The notes below the pieces were generated by a model. The model saw nothing but the letters and a program-made list of their open reading frames with translations, was not told the origin of the DNA and did no database searches. Below, in pieces: positions 40,606-51,133 of a stretch of 64,000 nt of DNA. A program made the position numbers and the translations under genes. The DNA is from Escherichia phage EcS1, in sequence record NC_055721.1, one strand, 5' to 3'. Every line of letters starts with the position of its first letter. Position 1 is the first letter of the stretch.

Positions 40606-40650
40606 GATGGCGCCTAGGACATCTAATCTAGGCGCCATATATTCTATTAG
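40606..40650 (+). terminator. terminator candidate after gene 18
   Basis: 11-bp stem ATGGCGCCTAG / CTAGGCGCCAT followed by an AT-rich T-containing tract. Confidence 0.4.
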
Positions 40651-40688
40651 GTTAATAAAAATTCTTTCCCTGACGTCCACTGAGACGT

Positions 40689-40696
40689 TATAAATA
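40689..40696 (+). promoter_or_regulatory. T4-type late promoter TATAAATA (gene 19)
   Basis: Exact TATAAATA 18 nt upstream of the gp19 ATG. Confidence 0.55.
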
Positions 40697-40713
40697 ATAC
40701 ATGAGAGTGCACA

Positions 40714-41205
40714 ATGGAATTAACTGATATCACACGTGCCTTCGAATCCGGTGACTTCGCTCGTCCTAACTTGTTCGAAGTCGAAATCCCATTCCTTGGT
40801 AAAAACTTCAGCTTCAAATGTAAAGCTGCTCCGATGCCTGCAGGCATTGTAGATAAAGTCCCAGTCGGTTATATGAACCGTAAAATTAACGTTGCTGGCG
40901 ACCGTACCTTTGACGATTGGACTATCACCATTTATAATGATGACGCCCATAAAACACGTCAGTCTATTGTTGATTGGCAGAATATCTGTCATGGTATGAC
41001 TAACGAAATTACTGGTGGAGCTCCAGCAGAATATAAGAAAACTGCTATTGTTCGTCAATTCCATCGTGATGGCAAAACAGTAACTAAAGAACACACTATC
41101 ACTGGTCTGTGGCCAACTACTGTTGGTGAAGTACAGATGGACTGGGATTCAAATAACGAAGTAGAAACATTTGAAACTACTTTCGCTATCGATTGGTGGG
41201 AATAA
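40714..41205 (+). CDS. 19: tail tube protein gp19
   Basis: 163 aa (T4 gp19 163). Confidence 0.92.
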   Translation: MELTDITRAFESGDFARPNLFEVEIPFLGKNFSFKCKAAPMPAGIVDKVPVGYMNRKINVAGDRTFDDWTITIYNDDAHKTRQSIVDWQNICHGMTNEITGGAPAEYKKTAIVRQFHRDGKTVTKEHTITGLWPTTVGEVQMDWDSNNEVETFETTFAIDWWE

Positions 41206-41211
41206 ATAAGT

Positions 41212-41240
41212 ATGGAGCTTCGGCTCCATCAATTTTTAAA
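41212..41240 (+). terminator. intrinsic terminator after gene 19
   Basis: ATGGAGC-TTCG-GCTCCAT hairpin followed by CAATTTTTAAAAG. Confidence 0.5.
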
Positions 41241-41273
41241 AGTGTTTTAAGCAAATCACTTTTAAAAGTTCGG

Positions 41274-41281
41274 TATAAATA
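41274..41281 (+). promoter_or_regulatory. T4-type late promoter TATAAATA (gene 20)
   Basis: Exact TATAAATA 41 nt upstream of the portal gene ATG. Confidence 0.5.
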
Positions 41282-41321
41282 TTATCAGAGAGCAACGCTC
41301 TGTTAACTTTGGAGACTCTAA

Positions 41322-42890
41322 ATGGCTTTTGACATTCTAAGTATTTTTGTTCCTTGGGCAAAAGAAGACGAACAAGAATACAAACAAACAATAAATGATG
41401 GATTAGAGTCGATTACGGCACCTAAATTTGATGATGGTGCTCTTGAAATCGAAGCTAACGAGAACGATCGCCCTGGTAATGGCTTCATGCAACAAATGTT
41501 TGGTATTCAAGAACCAGGCATGAAGACTACACGAGATATCATTGATACTTATCGTAGTTTAATGAATAACTATGAAGTTGATAATGCTGTCCAAGAAATT
41601 GTTTCTGATGCTATCGTTTATGAAGATAATCATGACGTGGTTTCATTAGATTTAGATTCAACTGACTTTAGTCAGAATATCAAAGATCGAATTCATGAAG
41701 AATTTAATGACGTATTGACAAGTCTTAATTTCCAGCGTAAAGGAACAGACCATTTCCAGCGTTGGTATGTTGATTCACGTATTTTCTTCCATAAAATTAT
41801 AAATCCTAATAAGATTAAAGATGGTATCCAAGAACTTCGTAGATTAGACCCGCGTAATGTCCAATTCGTTCGTGAAGTAATCACTAAAGATGAAGCTGGA
41901 ACTAAAGTAGTTAAAGGATATCGTGATTTCTTTATTTACGATACAGGCAATGAATCATATCAAGCCGATGGCAGAATATATGCTGCTGGAACTAAAATTA
42001 AAATTCCTCGTGCAGCCATTGTGTATGCTCACTCTGGATTAGTTGATTGTTCAGGTAAAAATATAATTGGCTATTTACATCGTGCTGTAAAGCCTGCGAA
42101 CCAATTAAAACTAATGGAAGATTCATTAGTGATTTACCGTATTACGCGTGCACCTGATCGTCGTGTATTCTACATTGATACAGGTAATATGCCTTCACGT
42201 AAGGCAGCACAACACATGCAACACATCATGAACACGATGAAAAACCGTGTTGTGTATGATGCAAGTACCGGTAAAATTAAAAACCAACAACACAACATGT
42301 CAATGACCGAAGATTATTGGTTACAAAGACGTGATGGTAAAGCTGTTACAGAAGTTGACACAATGCCTGGCGCTACTGGTATGTCGGATATGGATGACGT
42401 CCGTTATTTCCGTACTAACCTTTATCGTGCTCTACGTATCCCTGAATCCCGTATCCCTAATGATCAAGGTGGTGGCGGTGTTCAATTCGAATCGGGTGTA
42501 GCAATTACTCGTGACGAACTTAAATTTTCTAAATTTATCCGTGACCTTCAACACAAATTTGAAGAAATCATGTTGGACCCACTCAAAACTAATTTAATTC
42601 TTCGTAAGGTTATTACAGAAGACGAGTGGAACAAAGAGATAAATAATATTAAAGTTGTGTTCCACCGTGATTCATACTTCACTGAAATGAAGGATGCTGA
42701 AATCATGGAACGTAGAATCAATATGCTGACTATGGCCGAACCGTTCATAGGTAAATATATTTCTCATCAAACTGCAATGAAAGATTTCTTGCAAATGTCT
42801 GAAGAGGAAATTGAACAAGAAGCTAAGCAGATTGAACTTGAGTCTAAAGAGGCTCGTTTCCAAGACCCTGAAAATGAAGAGGATTTCTAA
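41322..42890 (+). CDS. 20: portal vertex protein gp20
   Basis: 522 aa (T4 gp20 524). Confidence 0.92.
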   Translation: MAFDILSIFVPWAKEDEQEYKQTINDGLESITAPKFDDGALEIEANENDRPGNGFMQQMFGIQEPGMKTTRDIIDTYRSLMNNYEVDNAVQEIVSDAIVYEDNHDVVSLDLDSTDFSQNIKDRIHEEFNDVLTSLNFQRKGTDHFQRWYVDSRIFFHKIINPNKIKDGIQELRRLDPRNVQFVREVITKDEAGTKVVKGYRDFFIYDTGNESYQADGRIYAAGTKIKIPRAAIVYAHSGLVDCSGKNIIGYLHRAVKPANQLKLMEDSLVIYRITRAPDRRVFYIDTGNMPSRKAAQHMQHIMNTMKNRVVYDASTGKIKNQQHNMSMTEDYWLQRRDGKAVTEVDTMPGATGMSDMDDVRYFRTNLYRALRIPESRIPNDQGGGGVQFESGVAITRDELKFSKFIRDLQHKFEEIMLDPLKTNLILRKVITEDEWNKEINNIKVVFHRDSYFTEMKDAEIMERRINMLTMAEPFIGKYISHQTAMKDFLQMSEEEIEQEAKQIELESKEARFQDPENEEDF

Positions 42891-43165
42891 TGGAAGATTT
42901 CGTTTCCGCAGTTAAATCCAACGACCTCATCAAAGCTAAGAAAGCGTTCAGCGCTATTATGCTTGAAAGGACCGCTGGTTTAGTCGCTGAGCAGCGTAAG
43001 CTTATTGCTCAGTCTATTGTTATCGAAGGCGAAGAAGCTGAAGATAATGATGACGAAGATAAAAAAGATAAAAAACCTCCTTTCCCACCTAAAAAAGGCG
43101 AAAAGGACGAAGATAAAGACGACAAATCTGATTCTGAAGACGACAAAGACGATAAGGAAGATTAA
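42890..43165 (+). CDS. 67: prohead core protein gp67
   Basis: 91 aa with a highly acidic Asp/Lys-rich C-terminal tail; position between 20 and 68. Confidence 0.7.
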   Translation: MEDFVSAVKSNDLIKAKKAFSAIMLERTAGLVAEQRKLIAQSIVIEGEEAEDNDDEDKKDKKPPFPPKKGEKDEDKDDKSDSEDDKDDKED

Positions 43166-43591
43166 ATGTTAATGCTCCCTGAAGACCACGAATTAGTAAT
43201 CGATAATGTCGAAGCTCTGATTCCTGAAGCACAGGGTCGCCTTGACATCTTGTCGAAAGCACTTGATAAAGCCGATATAAATAAAATTGTAGAGAACATG
43301 CTGAGTGATAATACCGATTTGGCTATTGCACTTGGTTCTCTCAATGAAGATATGCAATTAAATGAATTCATTGTTAAACATGTTTCTAGTCGTGGAGAAA
43401 TTACTCGTACTAAAGACCGTAAAACACGTGAACGTAATGCTTATCAGACAACTGGCTTATCTAAAGCAGCTCGTCGTCAAATTGCTCGCAAGGCGACCAA
43501 AACAAAACGCGCTAATCCGTCTATCACCACGCGTGCCCAACGTAAAAAGAAAAAAGCGATGGCCAAGCGTAAAGCATTTGGACTAAGCTAA
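43166..43591 (+). CDS. 68: prohead core protein gp68
   Basis: 141 aa (T4 gp68 141), basic C-terminus. Confidence 0.7.
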   Translation: MLMLPEDHELVIDNVEALIPEAQGRLDILSKALDKADINKIVENMLSDNTDLAIALGSLNEDMQLNEFIVKHVSSRGEITRTKDRKTRERNAYQTTGLSKAARRQIARKATKTKRANPSITTRAQRKKKKAMAKRKAFGLS

Positions 43592-44235
43592 TGAATGAAC
43601 CCCAATTACTAATTGAAAATTGGGGTCAACCAGGCGAAGTGATTAATGGTATTCCGATGCTTGAATCTCACGATGGTTCAGATTCTGGTTTAAAACCAGG
43701 TCTTTATATCGAAGGTGTATTCATGCAAGCTGAAGTTGTTAACCGTAATAAACGTCTTTACCCAAAAACAATTTTGGAAAAAGCTGTTTCTAATTACATT
43801 AAAGAACAAGTTCAGACTAAACAAGCTTTAGGAGAATTAAACCATCCACCTCGTGCTAACGTTGACCCTATGCAAGCTGCCATCATCATTGAAGAAATGT
43901 GGTGGAAAGGCAATGATGTATACGGACGTGCACGTATTATCGAAGGTGACCACGGTCCTGGTGATAAATTAGCTGCAAACATCCGTGCAGGCTGGATTCC
44001 TGGTGTGTCCAGTCGCGGCCTAGGAGCTTTGAAAGCTTCAGGTAAAGGTTATAACATCGTTCAGGAAGGTTTTCGCCTGACGGTTGGTGTGGACGCTGTA
44101 TGGGGACCTAGTGCTCCTGATGCGTGGGTCCAGCCGAAACAAATTTCTGAAAGTACAGAAGAAAAGGCGCAAGTCGCCAATACAAGTGCTGATGATGCTT
44201 TTAATGCACTAGCCGAGCGCTTAAAAGCGTTATAA
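43591..44235 (+). CDS. 21: prohead core scaffold and protease gp21
   Basis: 214 aa (T4 gp21 212) in the conserved position. Confidence 0.88.
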   Translation: MNEPQLLIENWGQPGEVINGIPMLESHDGSDSGLKPGLYIEGVFMQAEVVNRNKRLYPKTILEKAVSNYIKEQVQTKQALGELNHPPRANVDPMQAAIIIEEMWWKGNDVYGRARIIEGDHGPGDKLAANIRAGWIPGVSSRGLGALKASGKGYNIVQEGFRLTVGVDAVWGPSAPDAWVQPKQISESTEEKAQVANTSADDAFNALAERLKAL

Positions 44236-44267
44236 ATAATTATGTAACTTAACAACAGGACTTAAAA

Positions 44268-45074
44268 ATGCTGAAAGAACTACTGATTAGCGAAGCTAAA
44301 GAAATCGAAGCTTCCGTAGAACTTGATAGCGTTTTCGAATCAGTTAATCTGTCTGATGAAGCAAAAGCTAATTTCAGCACTGTATTCGAAGCGACCGTCA
44401 AAAAACACGCCGTACAACTGGCAGAATCTCATATTACTAAAATTGCCGAATTGGCCGAATCTCAGGTTCAAGAAGGTATCGAAGCTGCTAAAATCGAAGC
44501 AGAAGCTACTTTGACCGAATCTGCTTCTAAATTCTTCGACCACATCGCTAAAGAATGGCTGGCAGAAAATAAAATTGCAATTGATCGTGGTATTAAAGGC
44601 GACCTGTTCGAATCTATGCTGACCGGCATGAAAGAACTGTTCGTAGAACACAACGTTGTTATTCCTGCTGAATCTGTAGATGTTGTTGCAGAAATGGAAG
44701 AAGAACTTGCTGAAGCTAACGCCGAAACTACTAAATTGTTTGAGTCTAATGTTTCTCTGACTGCTGAAATTGCTTCTATGAAGCGTGATTTTGCAATCAC
44801 TGAAATGACTCGTGATTTAACTGAATCTCAGAAAGAGAGTGTAACATCTCTAACTGAAGGAATGGATTATTCAGATGCTTTTACTGGTAAGTTGACCGCT
44901 ATCGTCGAGATGGTTAAAACATCTAAAGATAAAACCATTACTGAAGGTGTAATAAATACTCCTGAAGATGATGCTGCAAAACTGAACTTTGTATCAGAAG
45001 CAGTCGATGAAAAATCAACTAAAGCACCTTCAGTCATGGATGCATACATCCGCGGTGCGACCCGTCTTTCTTAA
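44268..45074 (+). CDS. 22: prohead core scaffold protein gp22
   Basis: 268 aa (T4 gp22 269); acidic, alanine/glutamate-rich helical protein. Confidence 0.85.
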   Translation: MLKELLISEAKEIEASVELDSVFESVNLSDEAKANFSTVFEATVKKHAVQLAESHITKIAELAESQVQEGIEAAKIEAEATLTESASKFFDHIAKEWLAENKIAIDRGIKGDLFESMLTGMKELFVEHNVVIPAESVDVVAEMEEELAEANAETTKLFESNVSLTAEIASMKRDFAITEMTRDLTESQKESVTSLTEGMDYSDAFTGKLTAIVEMVKTSKDKTITEGVINTPEDDAAKLNFVSEAVDEKSTKAPSVMDAYIRGATRLS

Positions 45075-45095
45075 TTTAACAAGGTTATACAACAC

Positions 45096-46655
45096 ATGAA
45101 AAAGAACGCTCTCTTAGAAAAATGGCAGCCACTGCTGGAAAATGAAGAACTGCCAGAAATTGTTGGTGCTTCAAAACAAGCCATTATCGCTAAAATCCTG
45201 GAAAACCAGGAAAAAGACTTTACTACTTCCCCTGAATACAAAGATGAAAAAATCGCAGAAGCTTTTGGTTCGTTCCTGAGTGAAGCAGAAATTGGTGGTG
45301 ACCATGGTTATGATGCAACCAATATCGCTGCTGGTCAAACCTCTGGTGCTGTAACTCATATCGGTCCTGCTGTAATGGGTATGGTTCGTCGTTCAATCCC
45401 TAATCTGATTGCTTTCGATATCTGTGGTGTTCAGCCGATGAATAACCCTACTGGCCAGGTGTTCGCACTGCGTGCTGTGTATGGCAAAGATCCAATCGCA
45501 GCTGGCGCTAAAGAAGCATTCCACCCAATGTTCGCTCCAGATGCAATGTTCTCTGGTCAAGGTGCTGCTGAAGTATTCCCTAAAGCAACCGCTGGTAAAG
45601 TGTTAGCTGTTGGTGATATTGTAGTTCATGATTTCGAACAAACTGGTCGTGCTCATCTTCAAACTGTAGTTGCTTTCACTATTGATGCTGCTGCTACTGA
45701 TGCTGGTAAACTGGACGTAGAAATCACTAAGCAATTAGAAGCTGGTAAACTGGCTGAAATCGCTGAAGGTATGGCTACCTCTATCGCCGAATTGCAAGAA
45801 GGCTTTAACGGTTCTACTGATAATGCTTGGAACGAAATGGGCTTCCGTATCGATAAACAAGTTATCGAAGCTAAATCTCGTCAGCTTAAAGCTGCTTACT
45901 CTATCGAACTGGCTCAAGACTTACGTGCTGTTCACGGTATGGACGCTGATGCCGAACTGAGTGGTATTCTGGCTACAGAAATTATGCTGGAAATTAACCG
46001 TGAAGTAATCGACTGGATTAACTATTCAGCACAGGTTGGTAAAACCGGTATGACTCAAACTGTTGGTTCTAAAGCCGGTGTGTTTGACTTCCAAGACCCA
46101 ATCGATACGCGTGGTGCTCGTTGGGCTGGTGAAAGCTTTAAAGCTCTTCTGTTCCAAATCGATAAAGAATCAGCTGAAATCGCACGTCAAACCGGTCGTG
46201 GTGCAGGTAACTTCCTGATTGCTTCACGTAACGTTGTTAACGTACTGGCTGCTGTTGATACCAACGTATCTGTAGCTGCTCAAGGTCTGGGTCGTGGTTT
46301 CGAAACTGATACCACTAAAGCCGTATTTGCTGGTGTATTGGGTGGACGCTACCGTGTCTATATCGACCAGTATGCACGTCAAGACTACTTCACCATGGGT
46401 TATAAAGGTTCTAACGAAATGGATGCTGGTATCTACTACGCGCCATACGTTGCACTGACTCCGCTGCGTGGTTCCGATCCTAAGAACTTCCAACCAGTAA
46501 TGGGCTTCAAAACTCGTTATGGTATCGGTATTAACCCATTCGCTGACCCAGAAGCTCAGGCTCCTAAAGGTCGTGTCGTGTCTGGTATGCCTTCATTGGC
46601 TAACAGCATCGGTAAAAACGGTTACTTCCGTCGTGTGTTCGTTAAAGGTATCTAA
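45096..46655 (+). CDS. 23: major capsid protein gp23
   Basis: 519 aa (T4 gp23 521); N-terminal propeptide followed by a conserved capsid fold region. Confidence 0.95.
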   Translation: MKKNALLEKWQPLLENEELPEIVGASKQAIIAKILENQEKDFTTSPEYKDEKIAEAFGSFLSEAEIGGDHGYDATNIAAGQTSGAVTHIGPAVMGMVRRSIPNLIAFDICGVQPMNNPTGQVFALRAVYGKDPIAAGAKEAFHPMFAPDAMFSGQGAAEVFPKATAGKVLAVGDIVVHDFEQTGRAHLQTVVAFTIDAAATDAGKLDVEITKQLEAGKLAEIAEGMATSIAELQEGFNGSTDNAWNEMGFRIDKQVIEAKSRQLKAAYSIELAQDLRAVHGMDADAELSGILATEIMLEINREVIDWINYSAQVGKTGMTQTVGSKAGVFDFQDPIDTRGARWAGESFKALLFQIDKESAEIARQTGRGAGNFLIASRNVVNVLAAVDTNVSVAAQGLGRGFETDTTKAVFAGVLGGRYRVYIDQYARQDYFTMGYKGSNEMDAGIYYAPYVALTPLRGSDPKNFQPVMGFKTRYGIGINPFADPEAQAPKGRVVSGMPSLANSIGKNGYFRRVFVKGI

Positions 46656-46671
46656 TACTTTAAAAAATTAT

Positions 46672-46700
46672 GGGAGACTTCGGTCTCCCATTTTTGTTTC
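46672..46700 (+). terminator. intrinsic terminator after gene 23
   Basis: GGGAGAC-TTCG-GTCTCCC hairpin followed by ATTTTTGTTT; identical to the hairpin after wac. Confidence 0.65.
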
Positions 46701-46708
46701 TGAAGCTT

Positions 46709-46728
46709 TATAAATAAACTTATAAATA
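46709..46728 (+). promoter_or_regulatory. tandem T4-type late promoters (two exact TATAAATA) upstream of gene 24
   Basis: 12-nt unit TTATAAATAAAC repeated twice, then a third degenerate copy TTATAAACAAAA, 30-45 nt upstream of the gp24 ATG. Confidence 0.55.
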
Positions 46729-46755
46729 AACTTATAAACAAAAGAGGAATGTGCA

Positions 46756-48036
46756 ATGAGCAAAATTCATACCCTGTTGCGCGAATCTACAACTACGAGC
46801 AGTTCGTCTCTTGGGCGTCCCGACCTCGTTGCATTGACTCGCGCCACGACTAAATTAATCTATAGCGATATTGTGGCAGAACAACGTACATCTCAACCAG
46901 TTGCGGCATTATATGGTATCAAATATTTGAACCCTAATGATGATATGACCTTTACTTCTGGTGCTACTTATGCTGGCCCATTCGGTACTAAAGAACGCAA
47001 AACGGTAGTTGAAATTACTGATGCAAATAAAGCAACATTTACAACAGGCAAATACTTCAAATATAAAGATATCGTTTATAAAGTATTAGGTGTTTCTGTT
47101 ACCGATGGGACTACTGAAACCGATCTTGATTTTATGATTCAAGAATCAATGGTTCTTTTGAATATTCGAAGTGTGCACGAAGCAGCTGAAACGGCTAAAT
47201 TTGAAGCCTCTGATGTAGAAGTATCTGAAGCATCATTTGAAGTGTCTAAATGGAATGCTCCAGTTAAATCACGTAAATTAAAAACAGCTTTGACTGTTGA
47301 ATTGATGCAAGACCTTGAAGCTAATGGATTCAATTCGCCTAATTTCGTAGAAGATCTTTTGGCTACCGAAATGGCTGATGAAATTAATAAAGACATTATC
47401 CAGTCATTGATTACAGTTTCTAGTCGTTATAAAGTTACTGGTGAAACAGATAAAGGCATTCTTGATTTAACTACTGTTGAAGACCCGTTAGCTGGACGTA
47501 AATTGTATCGTATGGTATGTGAAATCAATTCGCATATTCAAAGAACAACTTCTTATTCAGGAACTTATGTCGTTGCATCAACTCGTGTCGCTGCTGTATT
47601 AGCTTCTTCAGGTTGGTTAAAACATAAGCCAGAAGATGACCAATATCTGTCACCGGCTGCATATGGATTCTTGGCTAATGGTCTGCCACTTTATTGTGAT
47701 GCAAGTTCACCATTAGATTATGTTATTGTTGGTGTTAAAGAGGACTTTGGTGAACTAGAAATGGTTGGCTCATTGTTCTATGCGCCGTATACTGAAGGAT
47801 TGGATTTAGAAGACCCTGAACACGTAGGTGCGTTTAAGGTAATTGTTGACCCGGAATCTTTGCAACCATCTGTTGCATTACTGGTTAGATATGCTCTGTC
47901 AGCGAACCCTTATACAGTAGCTAAAAACGAGGCTGATGCTCGTATTATTGATGCTACTGATATGGATAAAATGGCAGGTCAAAGTGATATGTCTGTATTG
48001 CTTGGTGTTAAGTTACCGAAGTTAATTGCAGGCTAA
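46756..48036 (+). CDS. 24: capsid vertex protein gp24
   Basis: 426 aa (T4 gp24 427), paralogous to gp23. Confidence 0.9.
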   Translation: MSKIHTLLRESTTTSSSSLGRPDLVALTRATTKLIYSDIVAEQRTSQPVAALYGIKYLNPNDDMTFTSGATYAGPFGTKERKTVVEITDANKATFTTGKYFKYKDIVYKVLGVSVTDGTTETDLDFMIQESMVLLNIRSVHEAAETAKFEASDVEVSEASFEVSKWNAPVKSRKLKTALTVELMQDLEANGFNSPNFVEDLLATEMADEINKDIIQSLITVSSRYKVTGETDKGILDLTTVEDPLAGRKLYRMVCEINSHIQRTTSYSGTYVVASTRVAAVLASSGWLKHKPEDDQYLSPAAYGFLANGLPLYCDASSPLDYVIVGVKEDFGELEMVGSLFYAPYTEGLDLEDPEHVGAFKVIVDPESLQPSVALLVRYALSANPYTVAKNEADARIIDATDMDKMAGQSDMSVLLGVKLPKLIAG

Positions 48037-48075
48037 AAAAAAAAGGGAACCATATGGTTCCCTTTTTTTGTTTTT
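48035..48075. terminator. bidirectional intrinsic terminator between gene 24 and rnlB
   Basis: A10 - GGGAACCATATGGTTCCC palindrome - T7GT5; serves both convergent genes. Confidence 0.65.
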
Positions 48076-49078
48076 ATACTACTTCATGCCATTTTTCACG
48101 AATGGTAGCCATTACTATTTGCTGAAGTTCTTTCTTAACTAAGTTCGGTTGGTCAGCATCGATAAGTACGATACCTTCACGTTCTGCTTCGACAAAAATA
48201 TCTTGCATAGTAAGACCCATTACCTTACCGAAGTCTTTAGCTGTCACTTCACCAATATGACTCAAAACGTTGGACACACGGTTCCAGGTACTATATTCAG
48301 CTAATGTAGACAGTGCAACCTTATCTTGGTCGCTTAATACCGCAGCCGGCTTAATAGGCTTATCAGATTTAGCCTTTTCACTGAACTTAGAGTTCTTACA
48401 TTTAATAGCAACACGATTACCGTTAGCTAAAATCACTGGATAACAAGGCTTCAGAACATAGCCTTCTGCGATATTCTTTTCACCATGAGGCAAGAAACCA
48501 AAGTGAGCTATGTTAGCATATTCAATACCGTTGGCCACAGCAAGTTCATTATAATGATTAACTACAGAATCAAAGTCATTAACTAACTGAGATAATTCTT
48601 CGAAAGAGCCACGAGCTATTAGTGGTGCTACTTTAAAACCAAAGGTACAGCACATACGTTCAACCATGAAATCATCAGCATAAGTGCCTTCTTGGTCGTG
48701 TTCTGACTTAATTAAGATATCGAATACGTAGAAGTCTTTCTCACCGTAATCCATACCTTTTTGAATTCCACCACCTGCGAACTCGCCGAAAATTTGATAC
48801 GAAGATGCTGTACCACAGATAGAGTCTTGAAGAAACTTAATAGACTTATCATATTTCTTCATAATAATTTCATGAGCAAAGAAACTTTCACCGGGCAGAA
48901 TAGGTCCTGTCCGCTTACACGGAGTGACTGCGTCACGACTAATAATTAGAGAGAAGTTTGTACCATGAATCTTTTCACGTGCTACCCATACGCCAGTGTC
49001 ATTACCAGAGAAACGAATCTTCTCGATGAACTTACCGTTGTAATGATTCTCTAAAGAGGAGTACTTTTCAAATGTCAT
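48074..49078 (-). CDS. rnlB: RNA ligase 2
   Basis: 334 aa (T4 Rnl2 334); nucleotidyltransferase lysine motif KIHGTNFS. Confidence 0.85.
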   Translation of the reverse strand: MTFEKYSSLENHYNGKFIEKIRFSGNDTGVWVAREKIHGTNFSLIISRDAVTPCKRTGPILPGESFFAHEIIMKKYDKSIKFLQDSICGTASSYQIFGEFAGGGIQKGMDYGEKDFYVFDILIKSEHDQEGTYADDFMVERMCCTFGFKVAPLIARGSFEELSQLVNDFDSVVNHYNELAVANGIEYANIAHFGFLPHGEKNIAEGYVLKPCYPVILANGNRVAIKCKNSKFSEKAKSDKPIKPAAVLSDQDKVALSTLAEYSTWNRVSNVLSHIGEVTAKDFGKVMGLTMQDIFVEAEREGIVLIDADQPNLVKKELQQIVMATIREKWHEVV

Positions 49079-49176
49079 AAATCACCATATTAAAATAATT
49101 AATCTTCTAGCCCCAGGCTTATAAATAGGCCTCTGAACCATTATATCGAATATATCACATATATTCTTAAAGCATA

Positions 49177-49449
49177 TTAGAACTTAATTTCAACCCATTC
49201 GCCATCACGTTGACAACTACGCCATTTGGCTTCAATACCTTCATCTTCGAGCCATTTAAGGAAAACGTCTTTATATTTCGAGAATTTTGAAACATTCTTC
49301 AAAGGATAATAATGGAATTCTCTGCGTCCTTGTTTAGCAACATCAGTGATACACTTTTCAAAGTCTTTTTTAAGTTCAGTGTATTCTGAACTTGAAATAG
49401 AATCGGCAATAGCACCATAGTAAGTAGCTAATTTAGTAGTACGTGTCAT
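49177..49449 (-). CDS. hypothetical protein (24.2-like position)
   Basis: ORF downstream of the HTH protein gene; start placed at an internal Met to avoid overlap. Confidence 0.4.
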   Translation of the reverse strand: MTRTTKLATYYGAIADSISSSEYTELKKDFEKCITDVAKQGRREFHYYPLKNVSKFSKYKDVFLKWLEDEGIEAKWRSCQRDGEWVEIKF

Positions 49450-49450
49450 T

Positions 49451-49726
49451 TTAGGCCTCGGTTTTGGATAAGGTAGCGTGTGCATTGATATTTTTAACCA
49501 ATTTTTTGTGATGCAAAGTTGATGTAGTCATTCGCTTGCGATAAACAACTTTCTCGCGTGATTTGAATTTGATTTTAAGCTTTTCACCTTCAGCCCAATG
49601 TTTAGCAGCTTCTCGAGCTGAAATACCTAATTTTTCAGCTACATCACCAAATGTCATTTTTAAATCTTCAATCATTGTATAAATTTGAACAGCAATATTC
49701 ATAGTCACCTCATGTTTGTAGGTCAA
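49451..49726 (-). CDS. hypothetical HTH DNA-binding protein (24.3-like position)
   Basis: 91 aa with a helix-turn-helix-like segment FGDVAEKLGISAREAAKHW. Confidence 0.45.
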   Translation of the reverse strand: MTYKHEVTMNIAVQIYTMIEDLKMTFGDVAEKLGISAREAAKHWAEGEKLKIKFKSREKVVYRKRMTTSTLHHKKLVKNINAHATLSKTEA

Positions 49727-49786
49727 TTATACTCAATATTCTTATAGCATAAATACACTATATTTCATAATAAGAGGACACATCTT

Positions 49787-51124
49787 ATGGCTATTCCTTC
49801 AGTAACGATTACCCCAGTTAATGCCTCACCACAACTTGGTCAGACATTAACTATCAATTCAGTAGTTGAATTCGACCCAACAGATGTTTATACATCGTAT
49901 AAATGGGAACTTTCTGGCGCAGATACAGGCGTTACTACTGCAACATACACTAAAGCCAATATCACAAGTGCTGATGCTGGTTCTTACGTATTAAAAGTTA
50001 TGCATGGTGTTGATGCAGGTTCTGCAACTGAAACCGCTTCAAGTCCTGCCGTTATTACTACTTTACCGGCAACAACTGTTTCTATTGTTTCAACCACTAC
50101 TGACATTTATGTCGGTGATACATTAACTATTACTGCTACCCCAACTGGTGTTCCTTCTGGCGCAACAGTAGGCGCATATGAATGGTCTAAAGGTGGTACT
50201 GTAGTTTCGGGCCAAACTACTTCTACATTGACTAAAACAGTTGCGGCTGGCGATGCCGGTTCTTATACTGCTAAAGTATCTTATACTGTAACAGGCCAAG
50301 CACCAATTAAAACTGCTGCATCTAATGCTATCTCTGTTACTGTTGGACCTGCATTAGCATTTGCTACTAACCTTAATGCAACAGCTTCTGTATCAACAGG
50401 CCAAGCTCTTACCCTAACTGTAGCAGCATCCGGTGGTAAATCTCCATATACATATCAATGGAAGAAAGGAAGTGCTAACATAGGAACTAATTTAAATACA
50501 TTTATAGTTCCTTCTGCGGATTCAACAACTGCAGGAACTTATACTGTTGAAGTGACAGATGCTGCAAGTCATAAAATCACATCAGCTTCTTGTGTTGTTA
50601 CAGTGGTGCCTGCTTTATCTTTGAGCACCGATTTGTCTGCGACTAAATCAGTTGTTTCAGGTAAAACTCTTACTCTAACTATTGTTGCAGCTAATGGCAA
50701 AACGCCTTATACATATCAATGGAAAAGAGCTGGCGTTGAAATCCCAAGTGAAACAGCTGCTACATTTACTAAATCTGCGTCACCAGCGGACGCAGGTACG
50801 TATACATGTGAAGTGACAGATGATAATAACGATAAAATCACATCTAATACATGTGTTGTAACTGTTAGTTTATTGCCTGATTTAGAAGTTCTTTGGACTG
50901 TACATCCTATCCCATGGCGAGATACAAGTTTCACTCCGTTAGGTTATTGGGTATTAGATGAAATCTTACTTCAAAAAGCTGATGGCAAAGACTGGAAAAC
51001 TGATTACGCTACTTATCATTACACAGAAGAAGTTCAAACTATTTTAGAAGCATTTAATGCTATGGGTGAAGTTGAAATTCAAGACTCGCGTAATGGGTAT
51101 ATCCACAAAATGAGTTTAATTTAA
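49787..51124 (+). CDS. hoc: highly immunogenic outer capsid protein Hoc
   Basis: 445 aa; repeated Ig-like modules (internal repeats TPYTYQWK...AGTYT...EVTD) followed by a C-terminal capsid-binding-like segment PIPWRDTSF...SRNGYIH. Confidence 0.8.
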   Translation: MAIPSVTITPVNASPQLGQTLTINSVVEFDPTDVYTSYKWELSGADTGVTTATYTKANITSADAGSYVLKVMHGVDAGSATETASSPAVITTLPATTVSIVSTTTDIYVGDTLTITATPTGVPSGATVGAYEWSKGGTVVSGQTTSTLTKTVAAGDAGSYTAKVSYTVTGQAPIKTAASNAISVTVGPALAFATNLNATASVSTGQALTLTVAASGGKSPYTYQWKKGSANIGTNLNTFIVPSADSTTAGTYTVEVTDAASHKITSASCVVTVVPALSLSTDLSATKSVVSGKTLTLTIVAANGKTPYTYQWKRAGVEIPSETAATFTKSASPADAGTYTCEVTDDNNDKITSNTCVVTVSLLPDLEVLWTVHPIPWRDTSFTPLGYWVLDEILLQKADGKDWKTDYATYHYTEEVQTILEAFNAMGEVEIQDSRNGYIHKMSLI

Positions 51125-51133
51125 GAAGGTTTT

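Noticed and set aside
49120-49127. Exact TATAAATA on the plus strand between the minus-strand genes rnlB and the 24.2-like ORF
   Set aside because: The orientation would drive transcription antisense into rnlB. Exact 8-mers of this AT-rich box are expected by chance a few times in 64 kb, so it is not called as a promoter, though an antisense late transcript cannot be excluded.
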